Of a stretch of DNA of 64,000 bases, positions 1-11,728 are shown in pieces. Under the pieces are notes generated by a model. The model did no database searches and had not been told where the DNA came from. It saw nothing but the letters and a program-made list of their open reading frames with translations. The stretch comes from Bigelowiella natans CCMP2755 (taxonomy: Eukaryota > Protista > Cercozoa). The DNA lies in contig ADNK01000566.1 of the NCBI GenBank assembly GCA_000320545.1, positions 57,659-121,658 on the forward strand, in the 5' to 3' direction. The number at the start of each line of letters is the position of its first letter. The first letter of the stretch is position 1. Made by a program: the position numbers and the translations under genes.

Positions 1-699
1 GCGCTGCAGCTTGGGCCAGTGGCTGCCACACTAGCAGGAGCTCGCAAGGGGGCCCTGATCCTTCGTGATGCCATATTTAGCCAGATTAAGCGTTCTAAGT
101 AGCATTTAGTTGATGAATTCACTGCAACATCAAAGACATAATCATTGCGATTACACTCTTTGCTATGGCTCAAAAAGATCAAATAGATGAATGACTAACT
201 CTACAGCAGTGAAGCACTGTACGGCAAGTGCTATCATTCATGCATACTCGACAAATTCCATCATTCTGTAGACTGTATGTTGGTTGCCTGCAATGCAATG
301 ATACACACGTACCTTATTATTGTATCATTTATATGTGTCATATTATTTTTGCTGTTTTCATGATTTGGCTACTCACTTATACATGGCGACTACGCGATTG
401 CACCTGCTACATAACAATGCATGACAGCCCTGCAGGCACTTGCAAATGTGGCTGGATTGAGCAGGCTGTGTAAGCTACATGCTACGGCTAGGTACATCTA
501 GCTATGTGCTACTAGACTAGCTAGTAAAATGTGCAATGTCTACATGCAATAAGTGACTAATAAATAATGCAGGGCCTGTGCGTGACTAGGTGGCCCGCAC
601 ACAACACAATGTGCAGCGGTTCACCGTACCATGCGACGGCAAGCAGCATTATCAAGCTGCCATACCTGCTTTTGCCAGCATGCTAGCATGCAGCACACA

Positions 700-1550
700 A
701 TTGCACAACACGACCGACCGCTGTAGCCGCCGCTTTGCATAGCTACATTAGGATGACGCGCTGCCATGCGCGCTGTTCGGCATGCGCGAATTAGAGAACA
801 TGCTTTCGCATGCATGAAACACATTACATGTCGATGGACAAACATACGTGCACAGCATCATACAAGCGCTGTGCGGCCCGCTAAATTGCACGGCTACAAT
901 TAGGATGATGCAACCATTGAAATGTAGAGAAAAGATTTACGATGTATGATCAATGCAAAACATCCGTCTCTGCATACGATGTAGCTACATTAGGATGACC
1001 ATTGAAAAAATTTGAACATTTCATCACATCCGTCTCACATCTGTCTCATATCATCATGATGACAATGAAAATATACAATTATTTCATTGCATCCGATCCG
1101 TCTGCTCATACCTGCCGCATGAGATAACATGCATGATCGGAGGCAACTAAGCAGACATAGCTTAATCGCTGTAACCACAGCTTTGCACAGCTACATTATA
1201 TTAGGATGACAATAATTGAAAAAGTGTAAGTATTTCATAACACCCGTATCATGCCTGCCGCATGCATGGCACAACATAAGTTCTGTAGCCGCTGCCTTAC
1301 ATAGCTACACTAGGATGACCTTTGAAAAGATCTAACCATTTCATTATATACATCCGTCTCATACCTGCCGCATGCATAAATGTTAAGTAATGGGTGTATG
1401 TATCAGGTATGTGTGACACAACCATATATTTCTGCGTCTCTGTAGCTATTGGACTGAGCATAACTAAAGCGCTCTGGCCGCTGCTATGCAACGCTACGTT
1501 AGGGTGAGGATTGAAAATTTTAATAATTCATTACATCTGTCGCATAGCTA
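700..1550. repeat. Degenerate tandem array of an intergenic repeat (core CCGCTTTGCATAGCTACATTAGGATGAC...TTGAAAA)
   Basis: Core gctacattaggatgac or close variants recur at ~742, ~893, ~984, ~1190, ~1303 and ~1493, mostly followed by ttgaaa and then catccgtctc-like sequence. Confidence 0.85.
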
Positions 1551-1700
1551 TTGACTTCTTTGGTAGTTCCATATACACAATTTCATGAAATTATTCATTG
1601 TACGTATAAAGATTTATTTCTCATTTCTCATTTTTATGCCTATGCGATGGCGGATCAGTTCATTAAATTTATGTATATCCCACATTCATTTTGCCAGTAC

Positions 1701-4700
1701 CTAAGCAATCGCCTCCTTAAACTTTTCCGTTATGACCTGATCCAGCCTCTCACTAAGTGTAACACGAATAAGATCGTGGTCTGAGACCTTCTTCATCCCT
1801 CTTCGGTAGTTGCTCTTCAGGGCCGTTGGAAGAGGTAGCACTTGCTGTTGAATGACGGCTCTGCTTCTATCTAAAGATTGGTTGTAGCTGCAAAAATCAT
1901 AGCCTTCGCCGCCGGAGGACGTAATCATTCCTGAAGGAATTGGAATTTTGTTCAAAAGTATATTAGGGTAAGGAAAAACATATTTCCATGAATAATACAT
2001 TTATATGTATATGCACCTATTTATATTATCTCTTAAAACAGTAGAGCTGATGACACTAAATGCGTGACTAAATGCGTGAATATCCCAAAGTGACACGCTC
2101 GTATTAAGAATTCGTGTTGGCAATGAAGCTGTCGTGTCACCGACCTTCTCTCCCAGTGACCCCCCAGTCGCTCGGAGGGCTCGGGCGGTGGTTCCAATCG
2201 CCAACAACAAGGTGCGGGGCCGCAAGCTTATTCTCTCCGGCGATCGTGAAAGGCAATTTCCCTTTGTTGCCCACCGCCGCAATGAGCGCACTCTGGTAAT
2301 GTTTGAAAAAACCATTTGACTGAGCCACCTGCTGACGTGCCTTGGTCTTTGGGGGCATATGGACGCTGGTGAGAGCGATCCTGCGCAAGTTTGTGCTCTG
2401 AAAGCGGTTGTCGGCGATTACGACAGTGAGCGGAGGATAGTCCATCTTTGTGTAACTGTCGCTCAGCTGGTCGAATCGCAACGTCCCGTCGGCCTCGCAG
2501 TGCACGTCATCATCCTCAAAAACGCAGATCACGTGATGCTCTGCGTTGTGGTCGTTTCCAGGACAGTGGTAGAAGCTAAGATATTACCAGCATTACGCTC
2601 TATGATGGTGATTAGAATGATGATGATGATGATGATGATGATGATCGTGTTCTTTACTACTCAGGATAGCTAGCACAAATCAACATAAAGAAACACCGTG
2701 AGGGCAAAAGGTAGACAGGGGCAAAATACAGAGTAAGCTGTCAACACAAATACACACATTCATGCACACCTATACTGGCCCTTCTCGAACCGTAGAACAC
2801 GAGGGGAGCGTCTCAGCTTCTTAGCTGCGAAAATCTCCCTAGCAGCCTTCTTGCCCAGCTCGTTGATTCCGTCAACAAATGCCTTCACGACATCCAGACT
2901 ACCGTGGTTCACCTCCTGGAATACGAGTGCATCTGGGGCTTCTTCGGCCAGGTCTGCTTGGATGTTGCACTTTGCCGACTCCAACTTGCGCTCCTTCGTG
3001 CGCTTAAGCCATGTCGCGTGATGGAGATTCCAAGAAATTATCATGAATTTGTGCGGCTGTAGAAAGCTGGAAGCCCTGCTATGTTTAGAAGTGGTAGTGA
3101 CGTCGACTATTTGCGGGCCAAGGGCTTTATGCTTCTGGTCCCGCTTTTTACTTGTCGAGCCTGTGCACTTTCCAGGCTTCGCGAAGATTTAGCCAGCACG
3201 TATTATATAACCAAAAATTACACTCAATGGAGAACGTTGAGAGCAATCAGAAAGCTTTCAGCTATTTTGAGATGTGAAGGAAAAGAGAGAGAGGGGGGGG
3301 GGGAGGGGGGGGAGGGAACGAGGAAAACACTGAAGGGAAACAAACCAAAGAGACGGCTAGGGAATCACCTTATGTTTCTCCTCTTTCTCCCTTTTCTCGT
3401 CTTTATCGACATCAGTGCTCTCTATAATATTTTCCTCCTCCTCCAGCATGTTCATTTCTAACCGTACTAACAGGTTAATAGCCTCTTTCCTTAGACGAGG
3501 ACATTTTCTCGGCGGGTGGGTAGATGTAGGCAGCATCATCTTGCCGTCCAGCATACTGTACTTGCCGATCTTGGCGCGAAGTTCCGCCATTTTTTGCTTC
3601 TGGTATGTTTCCATTAGACTTAGTATCTGTACGAGTTCGGCTTTGAGAACACGCCGCCGGTGTTTGAGAATCGAGAATCCTTTCGATTCCAACACGTCGA
3701 TGAGTTCGTTCCTTTTCAGCTTGTCATAATCTCCTTTCGCTTCTTTCTCCTTCTTATCAGTTATGTCATCGCTGTCGTCGCCTTTGATTTTCCCTTTACT
3801 TTCTTTTTTGCTCTTGATGTCGTGCAGGATGCATTGGTCTACCAGGTCTTTCTTCAGCCCGGTAGTGGAACCACCTAAATCAATGGTCAGCAATGATGAT
3901 TATAATTATGTGACAGGGAGAGGGGGGGGGGGAGGGGGGGGATTGTCAATCTGTTTCTAAGATGTGCAGTGACAGAGAAATAGCATAAAAGCAGTACAGC
4001 TTTGAACAAATGATATCCGTGATTCTTGTGTAGTTCGTAACCTTGAGAGCGGATCCGGCTTTTCAGTTCGTTACAATTCATGGCAAGGTATCTGTCAAAT
4101 TGAACCAGCCTTTCGATATAATCTTTCTTCCTTGTAAGGCCCTGTTAGTGTAAATGTGATAGATGCTCAAAAATGGAAGCTGGCATGAATCATAACAATT
4201 CATCTCCAATAACACATACGCTTCTTCTTCTTCTTCCCATATAATTGGATTAATTAGTTGCCTCTCACTTGCTTTGTTCGCTCTCACCTTTGCCAAAATT
4301 GCTCTTTTGGATATTTCCTCCTTTAACTTTTGAACCGTCAATCCGTCATATATGCAGGCCTTGCTTCTCTCTATTTGCAACGGTTTGCCACTGTCGCCCT
4401 CAGACGCCTTCTCCTTTTTCTTCTTCTTTTTCTTAACTTCTCCAGCACTGCTTTTAGGCTTAGACTTTGAACTACTTTTGTTTTGTGGTTGCCCCGTTTC
4501 TGCTTTCACCTTCTTATCTGCGTCGGACTTCCTCCCTTGAGTGTCACTAGAATTCTTAGAAGTGCTGGAACTCTGCTTCGATTTTTTCTTGGTCTCATAT
4601 TTATTTGCTTTCTTTGAGGCGTCGTGATCCTGAGAAGGTATAGTCTTCTTCCCGCTGCGACCATGCTGGAGCAGGAAGTTAATCAAATCAATCCTTTTTC

Positions 4701-5055
4701 TGCTCTTAAATGTTGATCCTAAGGATTGTAGGAGGAAGCTAAGGACCCCGAAATATCAAATATAGTGATGGACATGAACGACCTATCTTTGTTATTTTTT
4801 CACGAAGCTCTTGTAATTTCTGGTTCTGGAGGGCTTCGTATTCATTTATGACACATATGTAGCTGTTCTTCGATGTGAGACCCTTTTGTTATAGAATGAT
4901 AGACAGGGTGTAACTTCAACTATGTACACATGAGAGAGAGGGGTATGGACCTTGACTTTGATCTCGCGTTTCTCGACCTCCTCTTTCAACTGCTTAAGCG
5001 TCATTTCACCAACGTTGGGAGTTTTATCAGCAGAAGTTTTCGAACGTGGAGGCAT
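1701..5055 (-). CDS. Multi-exon protein with ~6 SAP/HeH-like motifs followed by an exonuclease-endonuclease-phosphatase (EEP, DNase I-like) domain
   Basis: Spliced N-terminus contains SAP-like motifs, e.g. LTVQKLKEEISKRAILAK|GLTRKKDYIERL and MTLKQLKEEVEKREIKVK. The C-terminus has the EEP motifs in order: IISWNL, LVFQEV, LTSVHMP, VVGDWN, GYDF, SDHDLI. Confidence 0.8.
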
Positions 5056-5571
5056 ATTTCAAACACCCTCCCCTCGAGCTCGGGGGGGTGTATCCTAGAG
5101 GGTGATTGTGCCGCTAAGCCATATAAGGTTTGGGGTTATTGTCGCTACAAAGGGCCTGTGAAATAAGATAATTTTTAGCCCGTTAAACATCCTACAGGAT
5201 TTGATATTATGAGAACGATGAACTTCTCCTTCTTCGACAAATGTTCAGTCTCACGCTGGGCAATATTTAGCTCCGCCGATATCCTACTCGGAGAGAAAAG
5301 GCGATGAATGGTCGCTCCAGCTACAAAGGAGCGGTTTTTGTAGGTTTCATTTATTTGTTTCTTTTTGTTCCTATTAAACATGAAAACATTTGATTTGGGT
5401 TCTGCGACATGGATAATGACAAGTTTTTATTTAGAAGCAGTTCTAATTTAGATAAATTTGCGAAAGGCAACAGCCGCCTGTCGTCAGAAGAACAATTCCA
5501 ATTCAGATTCTAGTCAGTCAGGAGGGACCGACCACCTACCTGTCGGTATCGCAACGGGGGGGAGTCGAAGG

Positions 5572-6965
5572 ATGAAGTCGACACCCATCGCACGTGCTGT
5601 CTATTTGCCTAGCAAGGAGGATCAACAAACAAAAGGCTTGGGAACGTGGATCGTTGGTTCGAATCTCATATGCAATATTTTTTCCTTAAAAGCGCATCCC
5701 TCCGACGAAACGCTGATTTCGAATTTTGCATATTCAAACTATAACCACAGCTTCAACCAGCGGCGTTTTCATACGCGCACAACCGTTAACCGAAGCCACA
5801 GACAAGGGAATATTGAAGCATAGAGATGAGATAATCGGATTGAAGATTCAGGGACGGTGGATTCAGCACGCAAAAGGCTGGTCACTTCTAAAGAAAGAAG
5901 ATGGAACAGTTCTCATTGGGGTAGGGCAGAATACTTCATGGACTATCATCTATTTTCAATCTAGGAAAGATGAATAAGACACAATTTCGCCGCCTTCGTT
6001 GGTTGTGTGCGGGTTTGATGTGAGACAACTGTGTTGTTGTCATCCTTGCAGGAAAAGTGGGTCGTTACCGCTAAGCAAGGTCTGCGCGTCCGTGATTCCC
6101 CTAAGGACGAGAATAAACAGATTGGCATTTTGGTATATGAAGAAAGGCTTGCGCAGCTAAAACGGCAGGGTGATTGGTTGGAGCATGAAAAGGGATGGTC
6201 GCGCATTGTCAGCGTGGAAGGTGTCCCGCTTCTCGCTTTGGTTTCGTCAGGGGGAAAAAAGGATGATCAAAAGAAAGGAAAGGAGGGAAAATCTACAGGT
6301 GACCTGTATTAAAACCTTTTAAAAAATTATGTTGGTTTAATAGTTGAATGTGTGTGTGTGTGTGTGTGCGTGTGTGTGTGTGTGTGTTTGTCGACTAAAC
6401 AGGTAAGCTTACCGACTCTGCGCCCAGTCTTCCCAATTTTGGCGACGACACGGACGTTGAGCTGAATAAAACAGAAGGGGGTTCTACAATACGGATGACA
6501 CAGAAAGAGACAGAAACTTTCCACGGTCAACGTCGGCGAATTAGCGCGGTCCCCGAGTACATGAAACTTCCAGAAGTGAAACTTACTCTCGGAAAGAAAG
6601 GCTCTCTTGGTATCTTCCGCGAGGTCCATATCCGAATGTGGAAGTATGCCCTTTTCATCAGCAGTGTCAAGGAGAAAAATATTCTGGATGATGAAGAGAA
6701 GCTGATAGAGGTCGAGAAAAGCCTACGTGAGACCGGGAACACGCTCGATAAAAAAACAGGGATCATGATTATTCCCCTCGAGATAGTAACTGAGTTTGAG
6801 GGCAAGAAAAACGGAAAGGTTACTGTTCACGTTAATTGTGGCTTCATAAAGAAGGACAAGATTACTTTTATGACTCCCTCCAAGAGTGCACATGAAGCAA
6901 ATAGTGTCGCCGAGAAGCTCACAGAACACCTCAAGGCATATCGTGCAGGAGCCAAGACATCATGA
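5572..6965 (+). CDS. Multi-exon protein with two bacterial-type SH3 (SH3b-like) repeats and a C-terminal PH-like region
   Basis: Two similar exons, GVFIRAQP...IQGRWIQHAKGWS and GLRVRDSP...QGDWLEHEKGWS, fit the SH3b pattern (xRxxP...GxW...GW). The last exon (ORF 6495-6965) has a beta-rich then terminal-helix layout reminiscent of PH. Start codon uncertain. Confidence 0.55.
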
Positions 6966-7029
6966 GAGTGTGCATACGTTGAGGCTATGCTACAGATTTA
7001 ACGTACTACCGTACTCTCTGGCGATGCTA

Positions 7030-7125
7030 TAGCGTGCATGTAAGACGGATGTAATGAATCAATTAAATTTGTTCAATGGTCATGCTCATGTAGTTGCACA
7101 ATGCAGCGGCTACAGCTATACAGCG
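7030..7125 (-). repeat. Diverged inverted copy of the intergenic repeat family
   Basis: taagacggatgtaatgaa...ttcaatggtcatgctcatgtagttgcacaatgcagcggctacagc approximates the reverse complement of the array unit at 700-1550. Confidence 0.65.
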
Positions 7126-7639
7126 CTAATGTGTTCACGTACATATATGTGGTCGAGCTCACATGCTGTGCGCACGGTCACATGTGTACGTGACGATCGA
7201 TACACCTGCTACATGTAAATATAGCTTCACATGTAGCGCATGCTGTAATGGGTGACATCATTGCCTAAGTTCCGCATGGTCACTTCGCCAAGTTGCAAAG
7301 TCCATCCGCATGCATATGCACAGCTAGCGTGTGTGGTTTGATGGGTTTTGCTATAATGCAATGGCTATATATATACGATGCGTCGTTCATTATATTATCA
7401 TCAGTCTTGCTTGATTTTATTATTGCATCTGTGTTACATTCGCTATGGTCTCTCACACATGCCACACACAGCCATCACGATACATCGGTAGCATGTATCT
7501 AAGCGGAATGCAAGCAGTGTGCTAAATATACTCGATACATTACGTTGGCATTTCAATGTCTAGATGTGCTAGAGCAAGCTGTAATCGGTTCACCATACTG
7601 TAAGAAAGTTGCATTTTTTGACTATTTGCCCCATTTAGC

Positions 7640-8155
7640 AGAATCTTCCACTTTTATTTCTCCTACCATGTCATTCTTGATTCTGGTGGCGTCAAGCTCA
7701 GAATGTAGCTGTGCGCGGGCTCAACCATTAGGAAATGTTTACGCTTGAAACCTGCCGACTAGAGTTTGGATAAAATAGACAATTCAAAGGGACTCTACAA
7801 TGGAAAAGCACAATTTCAAAATATAACCGTGAGTTTGAAGTTGACTGTTGTCTTGACAACGACGTAGACCCTCTCATCAACCTAGAAGAAGAAAATAACG
7901 TTGTTGAACGAGTCGGTGAAAGCTTTGTAAAAACTACCTGCAATCTATCTCCATTGTTCATATTCTTCGGTAAACGCATCTGACCTGATCAACATCACAG
8001 CTTATGAATGCGAACACATACACACTTGAATGCATGTGCGCACTCGCAGATGGACACAAGGACGCGCACACACGCTTACGTGCATATGCGTTTGAAAGCG
8101 ATATTTCGTGTGGTGTACACAATCTAATTAACCCCCACCCCCACGTACATGCATG

Positions 8156-8214
<59 letters not shown>

Positions 8215-9480
8215 GTGAGTTTACGTACGTGTGTTGATAAGTTGTAAAATAAAATTCGAGAGAAATGTTATTTTTAATGAATGAGCAGAAGGTGTATGCT
8301 GTATATTCAGCTTATTTTTATTGATTCAAGATGTCGGGGAATACCTAAGTATTCTCTTCGTCCATCTGAGGACTCTCCAACTGCGACGACCTCGTACAAC
8401 TGGTACTTCTTCCCTTTCTCAGACTTTCGCCTGTTGTTGTTTCCTCCATATATTATCAAACCGTCGTTCTCCTTGAATTCTCCTGAATCTTCAGGGCTTT
8501 CCATCGCAGATTTTTTCGTATCGACGACAAAAACCTTTGTCGGAGCTGGGTGCATTGTGTTCATATGACTAAGTATTACAAATATACGAAAATTAGCGAT
8601 CGAACATGCGGACGTTTTCATCAGACACGAATTCTATCATCCTCTGCTATTTTAGAAGTCGTTTGAATTCAAACCTGAATGCTAGTCCTCTTTGTGTCAC
8701 CAGGCCGAATCTTTTAAACTGTTGCTTGTATGGGTGCTTGCTGAGAGGGATAAATGGATGGGGGGGCTACTCATGAAACATAAACACAGCGAGTCTCGTA
8801 GATTTAGGTACAGAAGATACCCTGTCTGCGCCAGACCCGCGGCCTGGAAGACCATTAGGCAAGACACCAGAGCGTGCGTCCACACTTTCCACGACCCGCA
8901 GGTATCCGACATGCCCTGATTCGAAAATAATTCCTGAGCCCTCCACTCTCTTCCTGACAAGAGGTTGCACGTACCTGGATGGAAGAGAACCACTGCCCAC
9001 CACAACTTCTCTTGGGATGTGGGACGCTGGGTGATCCGAGGCGAAAATTGATGCGGTTTTTATCGTGCGACACAATTCATTTAGGGAAAATAGACATGGT
9101 ATTTATAGTGCGACAAAGTAAATACTCTTGTCGCAGATTAGGAACCGTGTCGCTTTCAAACTCAGAGTGTTCAGGTCGTCGTCGGGTCGGCGGCTATTAG
9201 ATCCAAACCCGATCAGAGTAGGGGTCGAAGGGATGGTTTCGTTTCCACGTCGCACGCTGCAAGTTATTTTGAGGAGGTCCGCTATACACCACTCCCGTAC
9301 GATCAAACGAGGTATAGGCAAGTGATACAGAAATATAGTCAGCCCAAAAGTTGGTTGATATATGAATTAAGGGAGCTTGAAACGGCACAATAACAAACAG
9401 GTATGCACGACGTGTCGGCGCTGTCGAAGACAGCCTCTGTAGTTCTGCCGAAACAGTGGGAGATGCTAATTTCTAACTTT
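7640..9480 (-). CDS. Hypothetical multi-exon gene (no recognisable domain)
   Basis: Series of minus-strand ORF segments (8767-9075, 8307-8621, 7728-7979) with GT/AG boundaries and an intronic (CA)n tract. Model not resolved. Confidence 0.35.
8158..8212. repeat. (CA)n microsatellite
   Basis: Direct; one of many intronic SSRs in the window. Confidence 0.95.
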
Positions 9481-9651
9481 TTATGTAAAAACAAAAAAAT
9501 CGAAAGGATAGATTTGTTAGACACGCGAACAAAATGACCTGTTAATTGGATGGGTTATTTTGGAATAAGACGTCGGTAACGCGTGCCTTGATGGTGGGAT
9601 CAATCCTGTGAAAAAAGTTTCGAGAAGAAATTTTGGTAGAAATTCAGGCTA

Positions 9652-10720
9652 TGAATGGTTACAATAAATGAAACAGGGCCTCTGCAGTAGCCTTACAGCC
9701 TTCGTCTGACGGCGGTGCGCTGCGAGCAGTGGTAGGAACAAGATTATTGCGATACAATAGACACAGACTGAGGTGCCCCCCCCCCCCCCCCACTCTATAC
9801 ACAGGGCACTGGCGATCGCGGTGGGGGAATAGTTTATCGTGCTGGGAGGTTGAGGTCGACTCCTGCGCCAAACACTGAGGTCCTCATCAGCAAAGCAACT
9901 CTGTGGCCATAGAAAACTCCAGAGAATTGATTCTTGTTTACTTTTTAGGATGAGGGAGAATCCAGCAAGGGGACTGGTAACAAATAATTCCTCAGCTCCT
10001 ATTTATTTTCTAGTAATACCTTGCTAATTTCGCTTGTATCTTACTATATATCAGGGTTATTCATTATCAAAGCTCAAGCTCCACTTGACATCTCAGATGA
10101 CGCACGTGGGGGTATTGGGAGGATGGTGAGAATTTCTTCAAGGTTTTCTCTGCAAATATGAACAACATTAATTCTTTCCAAAAGGTTCCACAGACGCTGT
10201 TATTGCATGACAAAACTCACCAATACATAAGGTCCCCTGATATGTAATACTTTTGAGCTAGTCCAATCCTTAGTGAACGTCCGAATTGTACATCGCATAT
10301 ACTCCGCTCCCACTTTTTTAAAGATCGAAAAAGTGGCCACCCGCGTCACATTTTAAGTTTGACTCATAACAAAATCAAGAAAACTAATACCATTGTGCCG
10401 ATTAAAAGATTTGTTGAGGAAGGTGAATATGGCCACACAGCTCTTTTACGGGTAACAATGAAGTTGGATCTGCAGCAAGTCATTCAGCTCGATGATAATG
10501 GGTAATCCTTTCATTCAGGCTGTACTGAGTGAGCGCTTACAACTAGTGTACTTATACGCACTCTTCGAAGAAGACAATGAAAAGGTCTGAATTATATTAC
10601 GTGTTGACTGCGTTTAGGTGATACAGTTACGTTTTTGTGTTTGTGTGAGTATTAAGGGGTGGACATAGATGAGTTTATTTATCTACGGATAGCTTAATTT
10701 CCCAAGAAAAAGCTTTATAA
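9652..10720 (+). CDS. Hypothetical gene of small exons, not captured by the ORF track
   Basis: AG/GT-bounded coding-like exons: LFIIKAQAPLDISDDARGGIGRM, VPQTLLLHDKTHQYIR, FVEEGEYGHTALL, AVLSERLQLVYLYALFEEDNEK. Ends uncertain. Confidence 0.45.
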
Positions 10721-11436
10721 TCCCTTCCGAAAAACCAATGTTCGTTTCTAGAATTTCTCATTAATGTTTTTGGTTGATTCTAAAGGTGAGAATATTCACT
10801 GAAACAAAACCTCTCCAAGATTGCACGTGGTAAATGGAAATCTATAATATATGAAAATTGATGCCACACTCCGAAAATTAGTGACGAACTCCGACAGGAT
10901 ATAGCATGGTTGCTGCGGCTGCTTTCCCAACGTTTACGAAACACACACAAAAATTTATTGCAAATGAAGTTTCTAATGTACTATGGTGGAATTTGCTGCT
11001 GATGCCACACTGACTCGTTGCTTGAAACGAAAATTATTTTCCAGTGTCAAAGCAAATAGTTTAGCTATCGTATGTGCGGTACGACACTTCTGACATACAT
11101 AAATTTATTTCGAGTTCCACGGGTTTGAAGGGTGCGCCCATATGCACCACGATCTAGCGATGTGCGCTGCATTTCATCATGATAACGACAACACAAGCGC
11201 TTAGCCGTATTTTCTTAGTGAGCACTATGAATTGCTGTTATTTTAAAACCGAGATTGTGCGATCAAGTGAAAGCAATCATGGACAGAGACAATGGCACCA
11301 AATCGATGATAGAAAGCTGGAAAGGATTTGCGCTCGCATATGTGCGCGCGCCAAAGTGCCATGCAAAACAGGATGCTTGGCGCATTCACCATCATGAAAT
11401 ACATAATAGCAGAAACTAATAAATGTAATTTAAGCG

Positions 11437-11520
11437 CGCTGGCCGCCGCTTTGCATAGCTACATTAGTACATTAGGGTGACCATTGAAAAGATTCAATCA
11501 CTTTATTACACCCGTCTGTT
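11437..11520 (+). repeat. Copy of the intergenic repeat family
   Basis: gctggccgccgctttgcatagctacattag...ttagggtgaccattgaaaagattcaatc matches the 720-1550 units. Confidence 0.85.
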
Positions 11521-11526
11521 ATATGT

Positions 11527-11566
<40 letters not shown>

Positions 11567-11728
11567 GTGCGTAGCATGAAAGGAAAAAATACAAAATACT
11601 TACGAATCAAGCCGCACAATAGTATCGCAAAGGTTAGCTCATATATCTTACGCATCCATTCATGTACGCATCCATTCATGTACGACAGACATTAGGTCAT
11701 TAGTGCTTTTGTTATTTTTTTTTCATTC

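Noticed and set aside
621-845. ORFs sharing MAARHPNVAMQSGGYSG (also 20127-20429)
   Set aside because: Translation of a non-coding dispersed repeat; similarity collapses by indels outside the core.
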